DNA of 64,000 nt. It comes from an uncultured delta proteobacterium (GTDB lineage: Bacteria; Myxococcota_A; Polyangia; Palsa-1104). Numbering within the stretch: position 1 is the stretch's first letter; each line of letters starts with the position of its first letter. The notes below the pieces were generated by a model. It did not search any database, was not told the origin of the DNA, and was given only the letters and a program-made list of their open reading frames with translations. The stretch spans positions 96,001 to 160,000 of the forward strand of contig CAWAWS010000016.1 of assembly GCA_963785725.1 (NCBI GenBank), written 5' to 3'. The position numbers and the translations under genes are program-made. This document shows positions 11,101-26,534 of this stretch, in pieces.

Positions 11101-14100
11101 GAGCTTCTCGAGCGCCGCTTTGGCGCCCTCTTCGGGCGGACCGCCGGCGCCGGCGAAGAGCACGTTGCGATAGCGGCCGATCGCCGACTCGGCGTCGCCC
11201 ACTTCGCGTTCGAGCACCTGCGCCGCCTTCAGCTCCAGCTCCACCTTGCGCGGCGCATCGCCACGCGCGGCGGCTGCTTCGGCCAGCGCGTCGAGGGCCT
11301 CCAAGTGATCGGCCCACAAGCCCTCGGCGGCATACAGGCGCGCCACGGCTTCCAGCGCTTCGATATCGGCCGGATCGTTCGAGAGGATGCCCTTGTAGGC
11401 GTCGATGGCGGCGAGCGCGTCGTGCAGCTCGGTCTCCGACAGCTTCGCCAGCTGCAGCCGCAACGGACGCTGCGCCGCCGGCTCGTGCGTCTGCTCGATC
11501 TTCGTGGTCAAGATCGAGGTCAGATCGCGGAAGGAGCCTTTGACGAAGTAGAGCCGCTCGAGCGCGTCGAGCGCCGCACGATCGGTGTCGTCGAGCGTCA
11601 AGACGTGGCGCCAGGTGCCGATGGCCGAGTCGGTCTCGTTGAGCGGGCCTTCGTAGAGCTCGGCCGTGCGATAGGCGAGCTCCTTCTGCTCGCGCAGGTC
11701 GTTCGACAGGCCGGCGCGCTTCTCCAGCACTTGCACCAGCTCGCGGTTGCGGCCTTCGTCGGCGAGCAGGCGCTCGAGCGCGCGCCACGCCTGATCGTCG
11801 TCGTCGCGCACGCCGACGACCTTGCGCCAGCTGTCGATGGCGGCGCCGCGGTCGCGCAGCTGCGTCTCCTGAATGTCGGCGACGCGGGCGTAGACGCGCG
11901 CTTGCAAGTCGTAGTCGTAGGAATCGGCGACCGCCTGCTGCAGCACGTCGACGAGCTCGCGCCACATGCCGAGCATGTGGCTGAGGCGCTTGAGCTCGTG
12001 ATAGAGCGCCGTCTCGCGCTCGGCCGCGTCCGGCTCGCCCGCCTCTTCGCCCCACGCGCGCGCCAACGCGCCGAACGCCAGCCGCGGATCGCCGCCGCGC
12101 TTCTCGTGAATGCGCGCGATCTCTTGCAACAGCTCGATGCGGCGCGGCTTGTCGTCGATGAACTCGAGCTCGGCGTCGTAGATGACCACCAGCTTCTGCC
12201 AGGCGTCCTCTTGGCGATAGATCGGCTCGAGAATCTGCGCGATGCGGAACGTGTGATCGTGATCGACGATGAGCCGCTCGAGCGCGCGCACGGCGTCGGG
12301 GTGGCCGCTCACGTGGCCGAGCACCTCTTCGTAGACGTCGATCGCCGACGGCAGGTCGCTCAGCTCCTGCTCGTAGATGGTGCCGAGCCGCAGCTTGAGC
12401 GCGATGAAGGCCGCTTGGCCGACCTCGACGCGCTCGAGGCCGCGCAAGGTCAGCTCCACGAGATCGTGCCAGCGGCTGCCGGCGCGATAGAGCCGCTCGA
12501 GCGACGTGACCGCCTTGTCGTCGTCGCCGTCGAAGTCGAGGACGGCGCGCCAGCTGTCGACGGCGCCGTCGGCGTCGGCGAGCTCGCCCTCTTGCAGCGC
12601 CGCCTGCTTGTAGAGCAGCGCCTTCTTGCGCGTCATGTCGAGCGTGCCGTCGGCGGCGTCGCGATAGACCTGCAGGAGGTCGCCGAAGCGCTTGGAGCGA
12701 TTGAGCAGCAGCTCCAAGTTGCCGAACGCGACCTGATCATTGGCGTCGAGCTCGAGCAGCCGCTCGTAGGAGCGCTTGGCCTTGTCGACGTCTTCCAGGC
12801 GTGCGTGATAGATCGTCGCCAGGCCGCGCAGGACTTCGAGGCCGGTCGTCGACTCCGCGCCCTCGTCGGCGATATAGGCTTCGTAGACGTCGGCGAGCTT
12901 GAGCCAACCGTCGAGGATGCCCGCCAAGCGCGCCAGCTGATCGCGAATGGCGCGGTCCGCCGGATCTTCGCGGAAGACGCGCGCGTACCAGGTGAACGCG
13001 CCTTCCAGATCCTCGAGCTGCTCCTCGTAGAGCCGCGCGATGCGCTTGGTGAGCATGAGGCGCGTCTTCGGATCGTCGGCCGCTTCCAGGCGGATCTGAT
13101 AGATGCGCACGAGCGACGGCCAGTCGTGGCGCGCGGCGTAGGTCGGCTCGAGGACCTCGGCGGCGGCGACGCGCTGGCCGTCGTCGTCGAGGTATTTTTC
13201 GAGCGCGCGAATGGCGCCGGCGTGCGTCGGGTCGCCGCCGAGCGCGGCGCGATAGTTGTCGACGGCGCGATCGGCGTCCGACAGATCCTCGTCGTACAGC
13301 TGTGCCAAGCGGAAGCGCAGCGCCACCGCCTCGTCGACGTCGTCGCAGAAGCCGAGCCGCCGTTCGTACAGCTCGGCCAGCTCGGAGTGACGATGGGCGG
13401 CGACATAGCGCGCTTCCAACGCGGTGCCGGCCTCGGCATCGGTCGGGAACATCTCGAGCACCTGCTCGTACGCGCGAATGGCCTCCAGCGGCCGATCGAG
13501 CGGGCTCTCGGGACCGGCGCACAGCTGCGCCAGCTGCATCAAATAATGACGGCGGCGATCGTCGTCACCGAGGGCCAGCTCGGCGCGGCGGACGTAGACC
13601 TCGTACAGCGGATCCCACTCGCGCCCTTCGACGTAGATGCTCTCGAGCGCATCGAGCGCCTTCGGGTGATCCGGCGACATGTCGATGACGCGGCGGTAAT
13701 ACTCGCGCGCGGTCTCGCGATCGCCGAGCTTGTGCGACTCGGCGGCGACGGCGAGATAGACGCGCTCCTGCGTCGCCGCGTCGAGGATGTCGGGACCGAG
13801 CTCGCGATAGAGCGCGACCAGCTTCGGCCGCGCCGCCGCCGACGCCAGCCGCTCGATGCCGTCGAGCAGCGCCGGCAGCTCCGGCTCGCCGACGCCGATG
13901 CGCGCCGCGCGCGCGAAGGCGTCGAACGCCGCTTCCGAGTCGCCGGCGCGCTCTTTCAAGGTCGCGATCTGCATGAGCCGCGTGATGCGCTCGCGCGGAT
14001 CGGGCGCGTGCTGCGCCCACAGCTCGGCCAGCTGGATCTGCTTGTCGAGCTCGGACGCGACCTGATAATGCGGCTCCAAGACTTCGGCCGCGCGCAGCCG

Positions 14101-17100
14101 CAGATCGGGATCTTCGAGGTACTTCTCGACTCCGACGCGCGCCGCCGAGTTGCGCGGCTCGACGTCGAGCACCTCGCGATAGCGCTCGAGCGCCTGGTCG
14201 CGGCGGCCGAAGCCGTCGTCGATGCCGGCGATCTGCAAGCGCAGCCGCGTCGTCTGCGCCGCTTCGCCGTGCTTGAGCGCCAGCGCCAACCGCTGCTCCA
14301 AAATCTCGAGCAAGTCGGCGGGCCGATTCTGCGCTTCGTAGAGCCGCGCCAAGGCATCGAGCGCCGGCAGATCTTCGGGCTGCTCGTCGAGGATGGCGTG
14401 ATAGCCGGCGATGGCTTCGCCGCCGTCGCCGAGCTCGCGCTCGTTGAGCTGCGCGATGCGCCACATCAGAATCGCGGCGCGCGCTGGGCGACGCCGAGGT
14501 CGTCAGCTCGAGCCGGCGCCGCAAGATGTCGACCAGCTCCAGCCACTGGCCTTGCGCCTGATGCAGCTTCTCGAGCGCGTCGAGCGCGCGCACTTCGGCC
14601 GCGTCGTCGTCGAGGATTTCGCGATAGGTGCCGATCGCCGCCGCCGGATCGACGAGCAGCTCCTCCTCGATGAGCCCGATGCGGAAGAGCAGGTTCTTCT
14701 TCTCCGCCGGCGCCGTCGCCCACTCGGCCTGGCGATGCAGGACGTCGATGAGCGCGCGCCAATCCTCGGCCGTCTCGTACAGCCGCGCCAACGCCGCCGC
14801 CGCCGGCCGCGCCGTGTGCAGGTTCGTCGGATCGAGGTCGAGCAGCCGCCGCCACGTCGAGCGCGCCCGATCGACGTCCTTGAGATCGTCTTCGTACAGC
14901 TCGGCCGCTTTCTCCAGCAGCTCGCCGCGCAGCTTGAGATCGTCGGGATCGGACGCCAGGAACGCCTCTTCCCACGCCGCCGCCAACTCCGCCTGCCGGC
15001 CGAGCAGGAGCGCCAGTCGCTCGACGTTGTCGCGCGTGCGCTTGTCGGCCGGGTCGAGCCGCAGCGCCTCGCGCCACGTCGTCAGCGCCAGCTGCCGCGC
15101 GCCCAGCTTCTCCTCCTGCAGCTCGGCCAGCTGCGCCAAGAGCGCCGCCGCGTCGCGCCCTTCGGCGGCTTCGCGCTGCGCGCCGAGCACCAGCGCCAGC
15201 TTCGGCCACGCTTCGTCGGTGCGATAGAGCGGCTCGAGCGCCTTGGCGATGCGCTGGCGCAGCTCGGGCCGCTTCATGAGCGCCTCGAGCCCTTTGCGCG
15301 CGCCTTCGTGACGCGGCTCCATGCCGAGCGCGTCCTCGAACAGATCGGCGGCGCCCATCGCGTCGTCGAGCCGGTTGGCGTGCAATTCGGCGCGGCGGAA
15401 CGTCAGATGCGCGCGCGACTCGGGCAGGCCCGGCTCTTCCGACGCGAACGGAATGCGCCGCTGCAAGAGATCGTCGAGCGCCCGCCAATTCTCGGCCGTC
15501 GTGTACAGCCGCTCGAGCGCGCGGAACGCTCGCTGCGACGACGGATCCAACTCCAACACTTCGACGTAATCGCGCGTCGCCGCCGGCTGATCGTCGAGCA
15601 CGCCTTCGTCGAGATCGCTGATCTGATAGAGCAGCGACAGGCGCCCTTCACTGTCGAGCGCGCGCTGCTTCTTGCCTTCGAGCAGCCCGCGCAGATCCTG
15701 CCAGCGCTCGTTGATGCTGTAGAGCTGCACGAGCGCGATCTGCGCGTCTTCGTTGGTCGCGTCGCGCTCGAGCACGCGCTTGTAGGCCGCTTCGGCGTCG
15801 GCGGGCATGCCGAGGCGCGCGTCGAACAGCTGACCGAGATCCCACGCCAGATCCCTGGCCAGCCCGATTTCGCCGCGCTTGGCCGCCGCGTCCTCCATGG
15901 CGCCGAGCTGCACCGCCCAGTCGTCGGGCTTGTCGAGCTGGTCGGCGAGCTGCGCCATCATGCGGCGATTGTCGGCGTCGCCGGGCGCGCGCGTGAACAC
16001 CTGGCCGCCGTAGCCGTAGGCGCGCGTCGCGTCGCCGAGCTCGGTCGCCGCCAGATCCATCAAGCGCCGCAAGAGCACGAGCTCGGCGGCCGGATCCTTT
16101 TCGTCCGCGCGCACGATCTCCAGCGCGTCGACGAGCTTGGGCGCCGCCTCGGCTTCACCGACGGCCAGTCGCGCCTCGTACACCGGCGAGAGCAAGCGCG
16201 CCACGCTCACGCGATCGGCGACCGAGGTCGCGCGATCGGGCGCCGCACCGGCCGCGAGCCAACGCTCGAGCGCGCTCACCGTCGGCTTGTGCGCGCCCGG
16301 CGTCGTCGTCACGTGGAAAGCCGCGCGGAAATGCTCGAGCGCCTGATGCGGATCGTTGAGGTTGGTCTCGTAGATCTCGCCCAGCCGATGCGACAGCTCG
16401 AGGCGCGTGTCGTGATCGTCGTGCGCCGCCAACGCCAGCTGCTTCGCCAGCGTCTCGGCCATGCCGCTCGCGTCGCCGCGGCCGGCGTAGAGCTTCTCGA
16501 GCGCGCGCAGCGCCCGCATCTGCGTCGCCGCCGTCTGATCGCTGCCCAAGATGCGCTGATACGTGCCGATCGCCGCCGCCGGATCGCCGAGCTGCTCCTC
16601 TTCGATCCACGCGACCTTGAACAGCATCTCGAGACGCCGCTGCGGATCGGTGGCGCGCGCTTCGCGCTTCTTGTAGATCGCCAGCAGCTCCTTGTAATTG
16701 CCGGCCTGCGTGAAGATCTGCTCGAGGTTGCCGAGCGCCTCGGCGTCTTCGGGCGCGCGCTGCAGCACCTCTTCGAAGTATTTGCGCGCCTCGTCGGGCT
16801 TGTAGAGCCGCGTGAGCGCGATGCGCGCCAGCTGGCGGAAGCGCTCGGTCTTGCGCGCCTCGTCCGTCTCTTTGGCGACCTCCGACTGATAGATCTCGGC
16901 CAGCTCTTCCCAGGCTTCGGCTTCGGCGGCGAGCCGCTCGAGATCGCGCTGCAGCCCGGCGTCGCTCGGCAGCAGTTGATAGGCCTTGGCCGCCCAGGCG
17001 AACGCCAGCGACTTCGAGCCCAGCTTCTGCTCGCATAGGTCGACGATCTGACGGTGCAGCGCCAGCCGCTCGCTCAACGCCTCGTCGGGACGGCGCTGAT

Positions 17101-19567
17101 TGAGCAGGATTTCGTAGGTCGTCAAGAGGCGCGCCCACTTCTCGGACGCGCGATAGATCGGCAACAGCGCCTGCGCGGCCGGCTGCGCCTCCGGTCCGTC
17201 GCCGGCGATGGCGAGGATGCGCTCGTACGCCTTGGCCGCGCGATCGGGCGACTTCAGCTGCTGCTGCGCGATCTCGGCGACGCGCGTGTACAGCCGCATG
17301 CGCTCGGCCGCATCCTGCGCGCGCTCGGCCACCGACGTGAGGATCTCGCACAGCTCCTCGAACTGGCCTTGGCCGGCGTAGAGCGACTCCAGCTCGCCGA
17401 AGCGACCCGCCGCCGCGTACAGCTCGCGCAGCGTGCGCATCGCCTTCGTGTGCGACGGCATGAGCTGCAAGATGTCCTGATAGGCCAGGACCGCTTTGTC
17501 GGGATTCTGCAGCTTCTCCGAGAACAGCGAGCCGACCTTCTCGAGCAGCGTCACTTGCTGCTTCAGCTCGAGGCCGGGCGCGCGCGCTTGCCGCCGCAAG
17601 GTCTCGATGAGCGCCGCCCAGCGACGGTCGCGCTCGTACAGCCCGGCCAAGAGCGACAGCGCCTCGGCGTCGTCCGGCGACGTCTCGAGCACGCGGTTCC
17701 AAATGGCGATGGCCTCGCGCGCGTCGCCGAGCCGATCGGCGGCCAGCTTGGCCATCTCGCCCAGCTTCGCGCCGCTGCTCGTGCGGCGTCTTCAGCCGCT
17801 CGCAGCTCCTTGCGCTCCAAGTCGAGCAGCGCGCGCCACGAGCGACGCTTGCCGTAGATGTCGCGCAGCTTGCCGACGGTGTCGACGTCGCGCCGGATCG
17901 ATGCGCGTACAGCTCTTCGAGCGGCTTGACCGCTTGGTTGTGGTTGGAGAACTTCTCGATCCACAGCCCGGCGATACGCCGCAGAAGACGCGTCTTTTCC
18001 GCCGCGTCGGGCGAGACGTCGACGGTGCGCTGCAGGACGCCGATGAGATCGTTCCAGCGACCGAGCGCCTCGTACTTGCCCGCCAACGCCGCCAGCGCGT
18101 CGCGATGGTCCGGCTTCAGCGTCAAGATATGGTTGAAGGTGTTGATGACCATGACGTCGAGGTTGAGCTTGTCGCGGTAGATCGCGACCACCTCCATGAG
18201 GCGCCCGACGCGTCCGTCGACGTCATCCTTCGGCAGCGCCTCGACGCCCTCTTTCAACAGCTCGAGCAGCGCGTTCCACTTCTCGGTCTTCTGATAGAGC
18301 CGCTTGAGCGCGTTGACGGCGTCCGGCTGCGCCGGATCGACCTTGAGCACGCCCTTCCATAGATCGATGGCCTTTTCGGCGGCGCCCGCCGAGCGCTCGG
18401 CCAGCATCGCCATCTCGACGCCCAGCTCCGCGCGCCGCTTGGCGTCGGCGTCGACCTTCTGCGCCTGGCCGAGCACCGCCAGCAGCTTCTGCCCGTCGCT
18501 CGGCATAGAGCGCGCGATAGAAGTCGAGCATCGCCGGATGCGCCGGCTCGGCCTTGCGTACGCGCTTCCAATATTCGTCGGCCGACTCGAGGTTGCCGAG
18601 CTTCTTCCACCACAGCATGCCGATCTGCAGGTACATCGCCGTCTCGGGCTCGCCGCGCGGCCGCGCCCGCAGCGCGTTCTCGTAGACGCGAATCAGCGCC
18701 TGCCAATTCTCCTCGGTCGTGTACCACTCGACGAGCGCCGACAGCGCCCGCTGATTGGCCGGGTCGAGCCCGAGCGCCTTCTTGTACGACTCGGCCGCTT
18801 CGGTGCGCTTGCCGAGCTTCTTGGTCTGCAGCTCGGCGAGCGCGAGATAGGCCAGCACGCGCTCTTCCTTGGTCGTGCCCGCTTCGATGCGCTGCTCGTA
18901 GACGTTGTTCAGCTCCTCCCAGCGCTGCTCGCCGCGATAGAGCCGCTCCAACCGATACGACGCCTTCAGATTGCGCGGCTCGACCTCCAGCGCCTTCTTC
19001 AAGTACAGCTCGACGTTGTCGTCCGGCTGATACTTGGCGTAGATCTCGGCCACCGACAGATACAGCGACGTCGTCAGCTGCCGATCGGTCGAGTCCCTTG
19101 GCCTCTTCCAGATACTTTTTGACGATCTTCTGCCAGTTGTCGCGCACGAGCGCGATGTGGCCGAGCGTGTCTTGCGTGCCTTCGTCGTCGGGGCGCAGCT
19201 CGAGCACGCGCTCGAAGGCACGCACCGCTTCTTCCTCGCGCAGCAGCTCGTCGGCGAGCAGCTTGCCCTTCTCGTAATAGAGATCGGCGCGGCGCGCCTT
19301 GTCACTCTCGACGCCCAGCTCGAGATCGATCAGCCGCACCAGCAGCTCGAAGTCGCCGCGCTCGCGATGGATGCGGCGCGACTCGGCGAGCGCGCGACGC
19401 ACGGCGGTGTCGCCGCCGTTGGCAGTCGGCTCGGCGGCGCCGCGGCCGTGGCCGTTGCCCCCACCTTCGGTCAGCTGCGCCAGCGACGCGAGCGCATCGG
19501 CATTGTCCGGATCGGCTTCGAGGGTAGCGAGGGCACGGACGATCTCGGGGTTCATGGGGTACGTCAT
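8157..19567 (-). CDS. Giant TPR-repeat protein (~3,800 aa, GltI/AgmK-like size and composition), interrupted by ~8 single-base frameshifts
   Basis: One continuous TPR-like protein (AL.AL..LY...W..L repeats) can be stitched from ORFs 18254..19567, 18223..19305, 16155..18506, 17563..17964, 13565..17755, 9457..14466 and 8157..10376. Frame switches near 19096, 18500, 17905/17893, 17803/17772, 14469 and 10287. Removing 8 bases gives 11,403 nt (3,801 codons). Confidence 0.8.
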
Positions 19568-19624
19568 GTTACGTCATGGGATAGAGCGGTTCAACGGCGC
19601 CGGAAAAAGGTAAAACTGATCGGC

Positions 19625-20509
19625 ATGGCGCTCTTTTCACGACGAACACTGGGCACGGACGACATCGAGGTCGTGGGGCTGCCGAAACGCGCCTGGGCCA
19701 ACGACCTCTATCACCTGCTCTTGCGCGCGCCGTGGTGGGCCGACCTCGTGGCGCTGTCGCTGGCGTTCCTCTTCGCCAACTTGGTATTCGCGATTGCCTT
19801 CCAGCTCGTCGGTGGCGTCAATGGCGCACACGGCTTCGGCGATCTCTTCTTCTTCGCCGTGCAGACGATGGGGACGATCGGCTACGGCGCCATGTATCCG
19901 GCGACGACCGCCGCGGAGATCGTGGTGACGGTCGCCTCGTTGACGCAGATCTTCCTACTCGCGGTCACGACCGGGCTCGTGTTCTCGAAGTTCAGCGTGC
20001 CGCGAGCGCGCGTACAGTTTTCCAAGCACCCAACGATCGCGCCCTCCGACGGCGTGCCGACGCTGCAGTTTCGCATCGGCAACGAGCGCGAGTCGCTGCT
20101 GCTCGAGGCCACGGTGCGGGTCGTCCTGATGCGGACCGAGAAGACGAAAGAGGGCGTCGTCATCTACCGCATGCACGACGTGAAGCTCGAGCGCGAGCGG
20201 TCGCCGGCGCTGACGCGCTCGTGGACCGTCATGCACAAGATCGTGCCCGGCAGCCCGATGTACGGCGCGTCACCGGACACGCTCGATCGCGACGAGGTCG
20301 AGTTCATCGTGACGCTCATCGGCACCGACGAGACCTCGGCGCAACCACAACATGCGCGCATGCGCTTTTACGCGCGCGACGTGCAGTGGGGCAAGCGCCA
20401 CGCCGACATGCTGAGCGAGCGCCCCGACGGCGGCCTGCGCCTCGACATGTCCAACTTCCATAGCCTGGTCCCGACGCAGCCCACCGACGACTTCCCATAC
20501 GGCGGCTAG
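19625..20509 (+). CDS. Inward-rectifier potassium channel (KirBac family)
   Basis: Slide helix DLYHLLL..PW; pore FFFAVQTMGTIGYGAMYP; TGLVFSKFSVPRARVQFS; GVPTLQFRIGNER; SWTVMHKIVPGSPMYG. Confidence 0.92.
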   Translation: MALFSRRTLGTDDIEVVGLPKRAWANDLYHLLLRAPWWADLVALSLAFLFANLVFAIAFQLVGGVNGAHGFGDLFFFAVQTMGTIGYGAMYPATTAAEIVVTVASLTQIFLLAVTTGLVFSKFSVPRARVQFSKHPTIAPSDGVPTLQFRIGNERESLLLEATVRVVLMRTEKTKEGVVIYRMHDVKLERERSPALTRSWTVMHKIVPGSPMYGASPDTLDRDEVEFIVTLIGTDETSAQPQHARMRFYARDVQWGKRHADMLSERPDGGLRLDMSNFHSLVPTQPTDDFPYGG

Positions 20510-20536
20510 GACTTCTCTCGCGCAGCGTTCGGCGCT

Positions 20537-23916
<3,380 letters not shown>

Positions 23917-23920
<4 letters not shown>

Positions 23921-24662
23921 AACGTCATCCGCAGGCCGCCCGGCGCCATCGCCAGCGACAGCTTCTGGTCGCGGCCGGCGGTGGTGAGGAACGTGCCGCC
24001 GATGGTGCAGCCGAGCACGGCCACCGACGTGCCGGCGAAGATGAGCCCGACGCCGATGTCGGCCGAGTGGCTTGGGTCGCTTGGCCGCCCTCGTCGTCGA
24101 TGCTGATGCCGGCGGCGAGCATGCCGCCGCCGACCATGGCCGCGATCTCGCCGAGCACGCCGACGCCGATGAGGATGCCGCCGGCGATGCGGCGGTTGCG
24201 CAAGGAGCCGAGCAGCTCGAAGTCGCCGTCGCGCAGCCGAGTCTCTTCGCTGGCGCCCAGCTGCCACAAGATCGGACCGACGGTGATGGCCGAGCCGCCG
24301 AGCGCGCCGAAGATGCTGGCGAGCGTGATGCCGCTGACCTGCATGTCGTAGTTGAAGCTGCGGCTGGAGGCGACCAAGAGCGGCACACCGGCGCCGAACG
24401 CGACGACGAGCGCGCCGATTCCGGCCAACGTCAAGGAGCGGCCGATCACTTTGCGATGCTGGGCGTGCTCGAGCAGCGTCGGCTTGCGTAGCTGGCGCGG
24501 CAACAAATCCATCGGCCTCTGATCGGGAATGAGCGGCGCCGGCGGCGGAATCAGCGACGGCGGCGGCGGCGAGGTCGTGTGCAGCGACTCGGGATCGGCG
24601 CGCACCAGCGACGGCAAGGCGAAGGAGACCAGGGCCAATTTGACGAGCCGCGACAGGATCAT
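23917..24662 (-). CDS. Exported/membrane protein of unknown function with Gly-rich hydrophobic helices; one frameshift near 24080
   Basis: ORF 23925..24662 (signal peptide, Pro linker, hydrophobic segments) continues in ORF 23917..24267 (ADIGVGLIFAGTSVAVLG...LSLAMAPGGLRMTF). Confidence 0.6.
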
Positions 24663-24793
24663 GTTCCCGCGTTACAGCAATCGGCGTGCCGCACGCAGAC
24701 GCACGCAGAGGGTGCCGCGATCGCGTCGTCGCATGGCTGAGGTTGAACGGTGGGCGACGATGATCTGTCTACTCGCGTGCTACAGTCGCGCCC

Positions 24794-26521
24794 GTGCGGC
24801 TGCTGCACAAGATCGCGCTGCTGCTGATGGCGGCGGCGACGCTGCCGCTGGCGACGGTGGGCTTCGCGCTCATCGCCCGGCATCAGCGCGCGCTCGAGGC
24901 GGCGGTGCGCGACACGCTCGATCAGACGGCGCGTCACGCGGCGGCGGTCGTAGCCGGCGACATCGAAGGCCGCGCGCGGCAGCTGGCGCAGACGGCGAGC
25001 ATGATCGAGTGGGATCGGCTGTCGCCCGACGAGACCAAAGGCGCGCTGGCGCTGCTCGTGCGGCAGGTCAAAGCCACCGACGCGACCGTGCTGCGCGCGC
25101 CCGCCGGCGACGACGGCTGGACCGCGCACGCGCCCTTCGAGCGCGCCCGCAAAGAGGGGCGCGGCGCCGTCGTCTACGGCGAGCCCTTTCGTCTCGACGG
25201 TCGCATGATGCTGGCGGCGGCGACGGCGGCCAACAGCGCGGGCGATCGCGTGCTGGCGCTGTCGATCGCGCTCGGCCCCTTGTCGCGCGCGCTCGATGAA
25301 GTGCGCGGCGCCGGCGCGCCCACGCTGACACTGGTCGACGGCGGCGGTCGACTGCTGGTCGGCTTCGCCGCGCCCGATCAGGACGCCGTCACCGACGCCG
25401 TCGCCGGCAAGGATGGTCACGCGCGCCGCTTCGCGCACGGACGCTGGCTGGCGTCGTCGGCGCCCGTCGGTGGCTTGGGCTGGTCGGTCATCGTCTGGGA
25501 GCCGGCCGAGCAAGCGTTCGCCGCCGCCCGCGCGCTGCGCACACAGACGTTATGGGCGACGCTCGCGGCCGCCCTCCTCGCCCTCGCCGTCGCCGTCGCC
25601 TTTGCGCGCACGCTGACCGCGGCGCTGGAGCGGCTCAGCGTCGCCGCCCGTGCGCTCGGCGCCGGCAAGCTCGACACGCGCGTCATCGCCGTCGGTGACG
25701 ACGAGGTCGGCACCTTGGCGCGCACCTTCAACGACATGGGCGAAGAGCTGGCCCAAGGCCGCGCCGAGATCGAACGTTGGAACAAGGAGCTGGAGGCGCG
25801 CGTCCTCGAGCGCACCGAAGCCTTGAAGCAGGCGCAAGCGCAGCTCGTGCAGGCGCAGAAGCTGGCCGCGCTCGGTCAGCTCGGCGCCGGCGTCGCGCAT
25901 GAGATCAACAATCCGCTCGGCGGCGTCATCGGCCACGTGCAGCTGCTCTTGGCCGAGCGCACGCCCGACTCGGCCGATTACGAGTCGCTGCAGCACATCG
26001 AGGAAGGCGCGCGGCGGGCGTCGCAGATCGTGCAGAACCTGCTGCGCTTCAGCGTGCAGCGGCAGTCGCCCGTGCGCACGTCGGTCGACGTCAACAAGCT
26101 CGTGCGCGACACGCTGTCGCTGACCGAGACGCTCGTGCGCGAGCAGCAGATCGACCTCGTCTACGCGCTTGGCGAGCCGCCGCCACGCGCGCACGGCGAC
26201 GCCGGCCAGCTCGCGCAAGTGCTGCTCAACCTCGTGTCCAACGCACGCACCGCCATGCCGACCGGCGGCACGCTCACCATACGCACGCAACGGGAAGGCG
26301 CCGAGGTCGCGCTCTCCGTCGAGGACAGCGGCAAAGGCATCGCCGCCGAGCTGCACGAGCGCATCTTCGAGCCGTTCTTCACCACGAAGGACGAGTGGTC
26401 CAACGTCGGCCTCGGCTTGAGCGTCAGCTATCGGCTGGTCGCCGAGCACGGCGGCCGCATCACCGTCCGCAGCGAACCCGGCCATGGCGCCACGTTCACT
26501 GTATATTTGCCGGCCTCGTGA
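24794..26521 (+). CDS. Membrane sensor histidine kinase (periplasmic Cache-like, HAMP, HisKA, HATPase)
   Basis: Two TM segments; HAMP DEVGTLARTFNDM; QAQKLAALGQLGAGVAHEINNPL; QVLLNLVSNA; FEPFFTTK; GLGLSVSY. Confidence 0.92.
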   Translation: MRLLHKIALLLMAAATLPLATVGFALIARHQRALEAAVRDTLDQTARHAAAVVAGDIEGRARQLAQTASMIEWDRLSPDETKGALALLVRQVKATDATVLRAPAGDDGWTAHAPFERARKEGRGAVVYGEPFRLDGRMMLAAATAANSAGDRVLALSIALGPLSRALDEVRGAGAPTLTLVDGGGRLLVGFAAPDQDAVTDAVAGKDGHARRFAHGRWLASSAPVGGLGWSVIVWEPAEQAFAAARALRTQTLWATLAAALLALAVAVAFARTLTAALERLSVAARALGAGKLDTRVIAVGDDEVGTLARTFNDMGEELAQGRAEIERWNKELEARVLERTEALKQAQAQLVQAQKLAALGQLGAGVAHEINNPLGGVIGHVQLLLAERTPDSADYESLQHIEEGARRASQIVQNLLRFSVQRQSPVRTSVDVNKLVRDTLSLTETLVREQQIDLVYALGEPPPRAHGDAGQLAQVLLNLVSNARTAMPTGGTLTIRTQREGAEVALSVEDSGKGIAAELHERIFEPFFTTKDEWSNVGLGLSVSYRLVAEHGGRITVRSEPGHGATFTVYLPAS

Positions 26522-26534
26522 GCGGGCGTGACTC

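Noticed and set aside
10279..17038. Very long antisense ORFs (10279..14673, 14411..17038, and similar ones such as 33474..36095 and 59963..62530)
   Set aside because: Shadow frames of real high-GC genes; no recognisable motifs.
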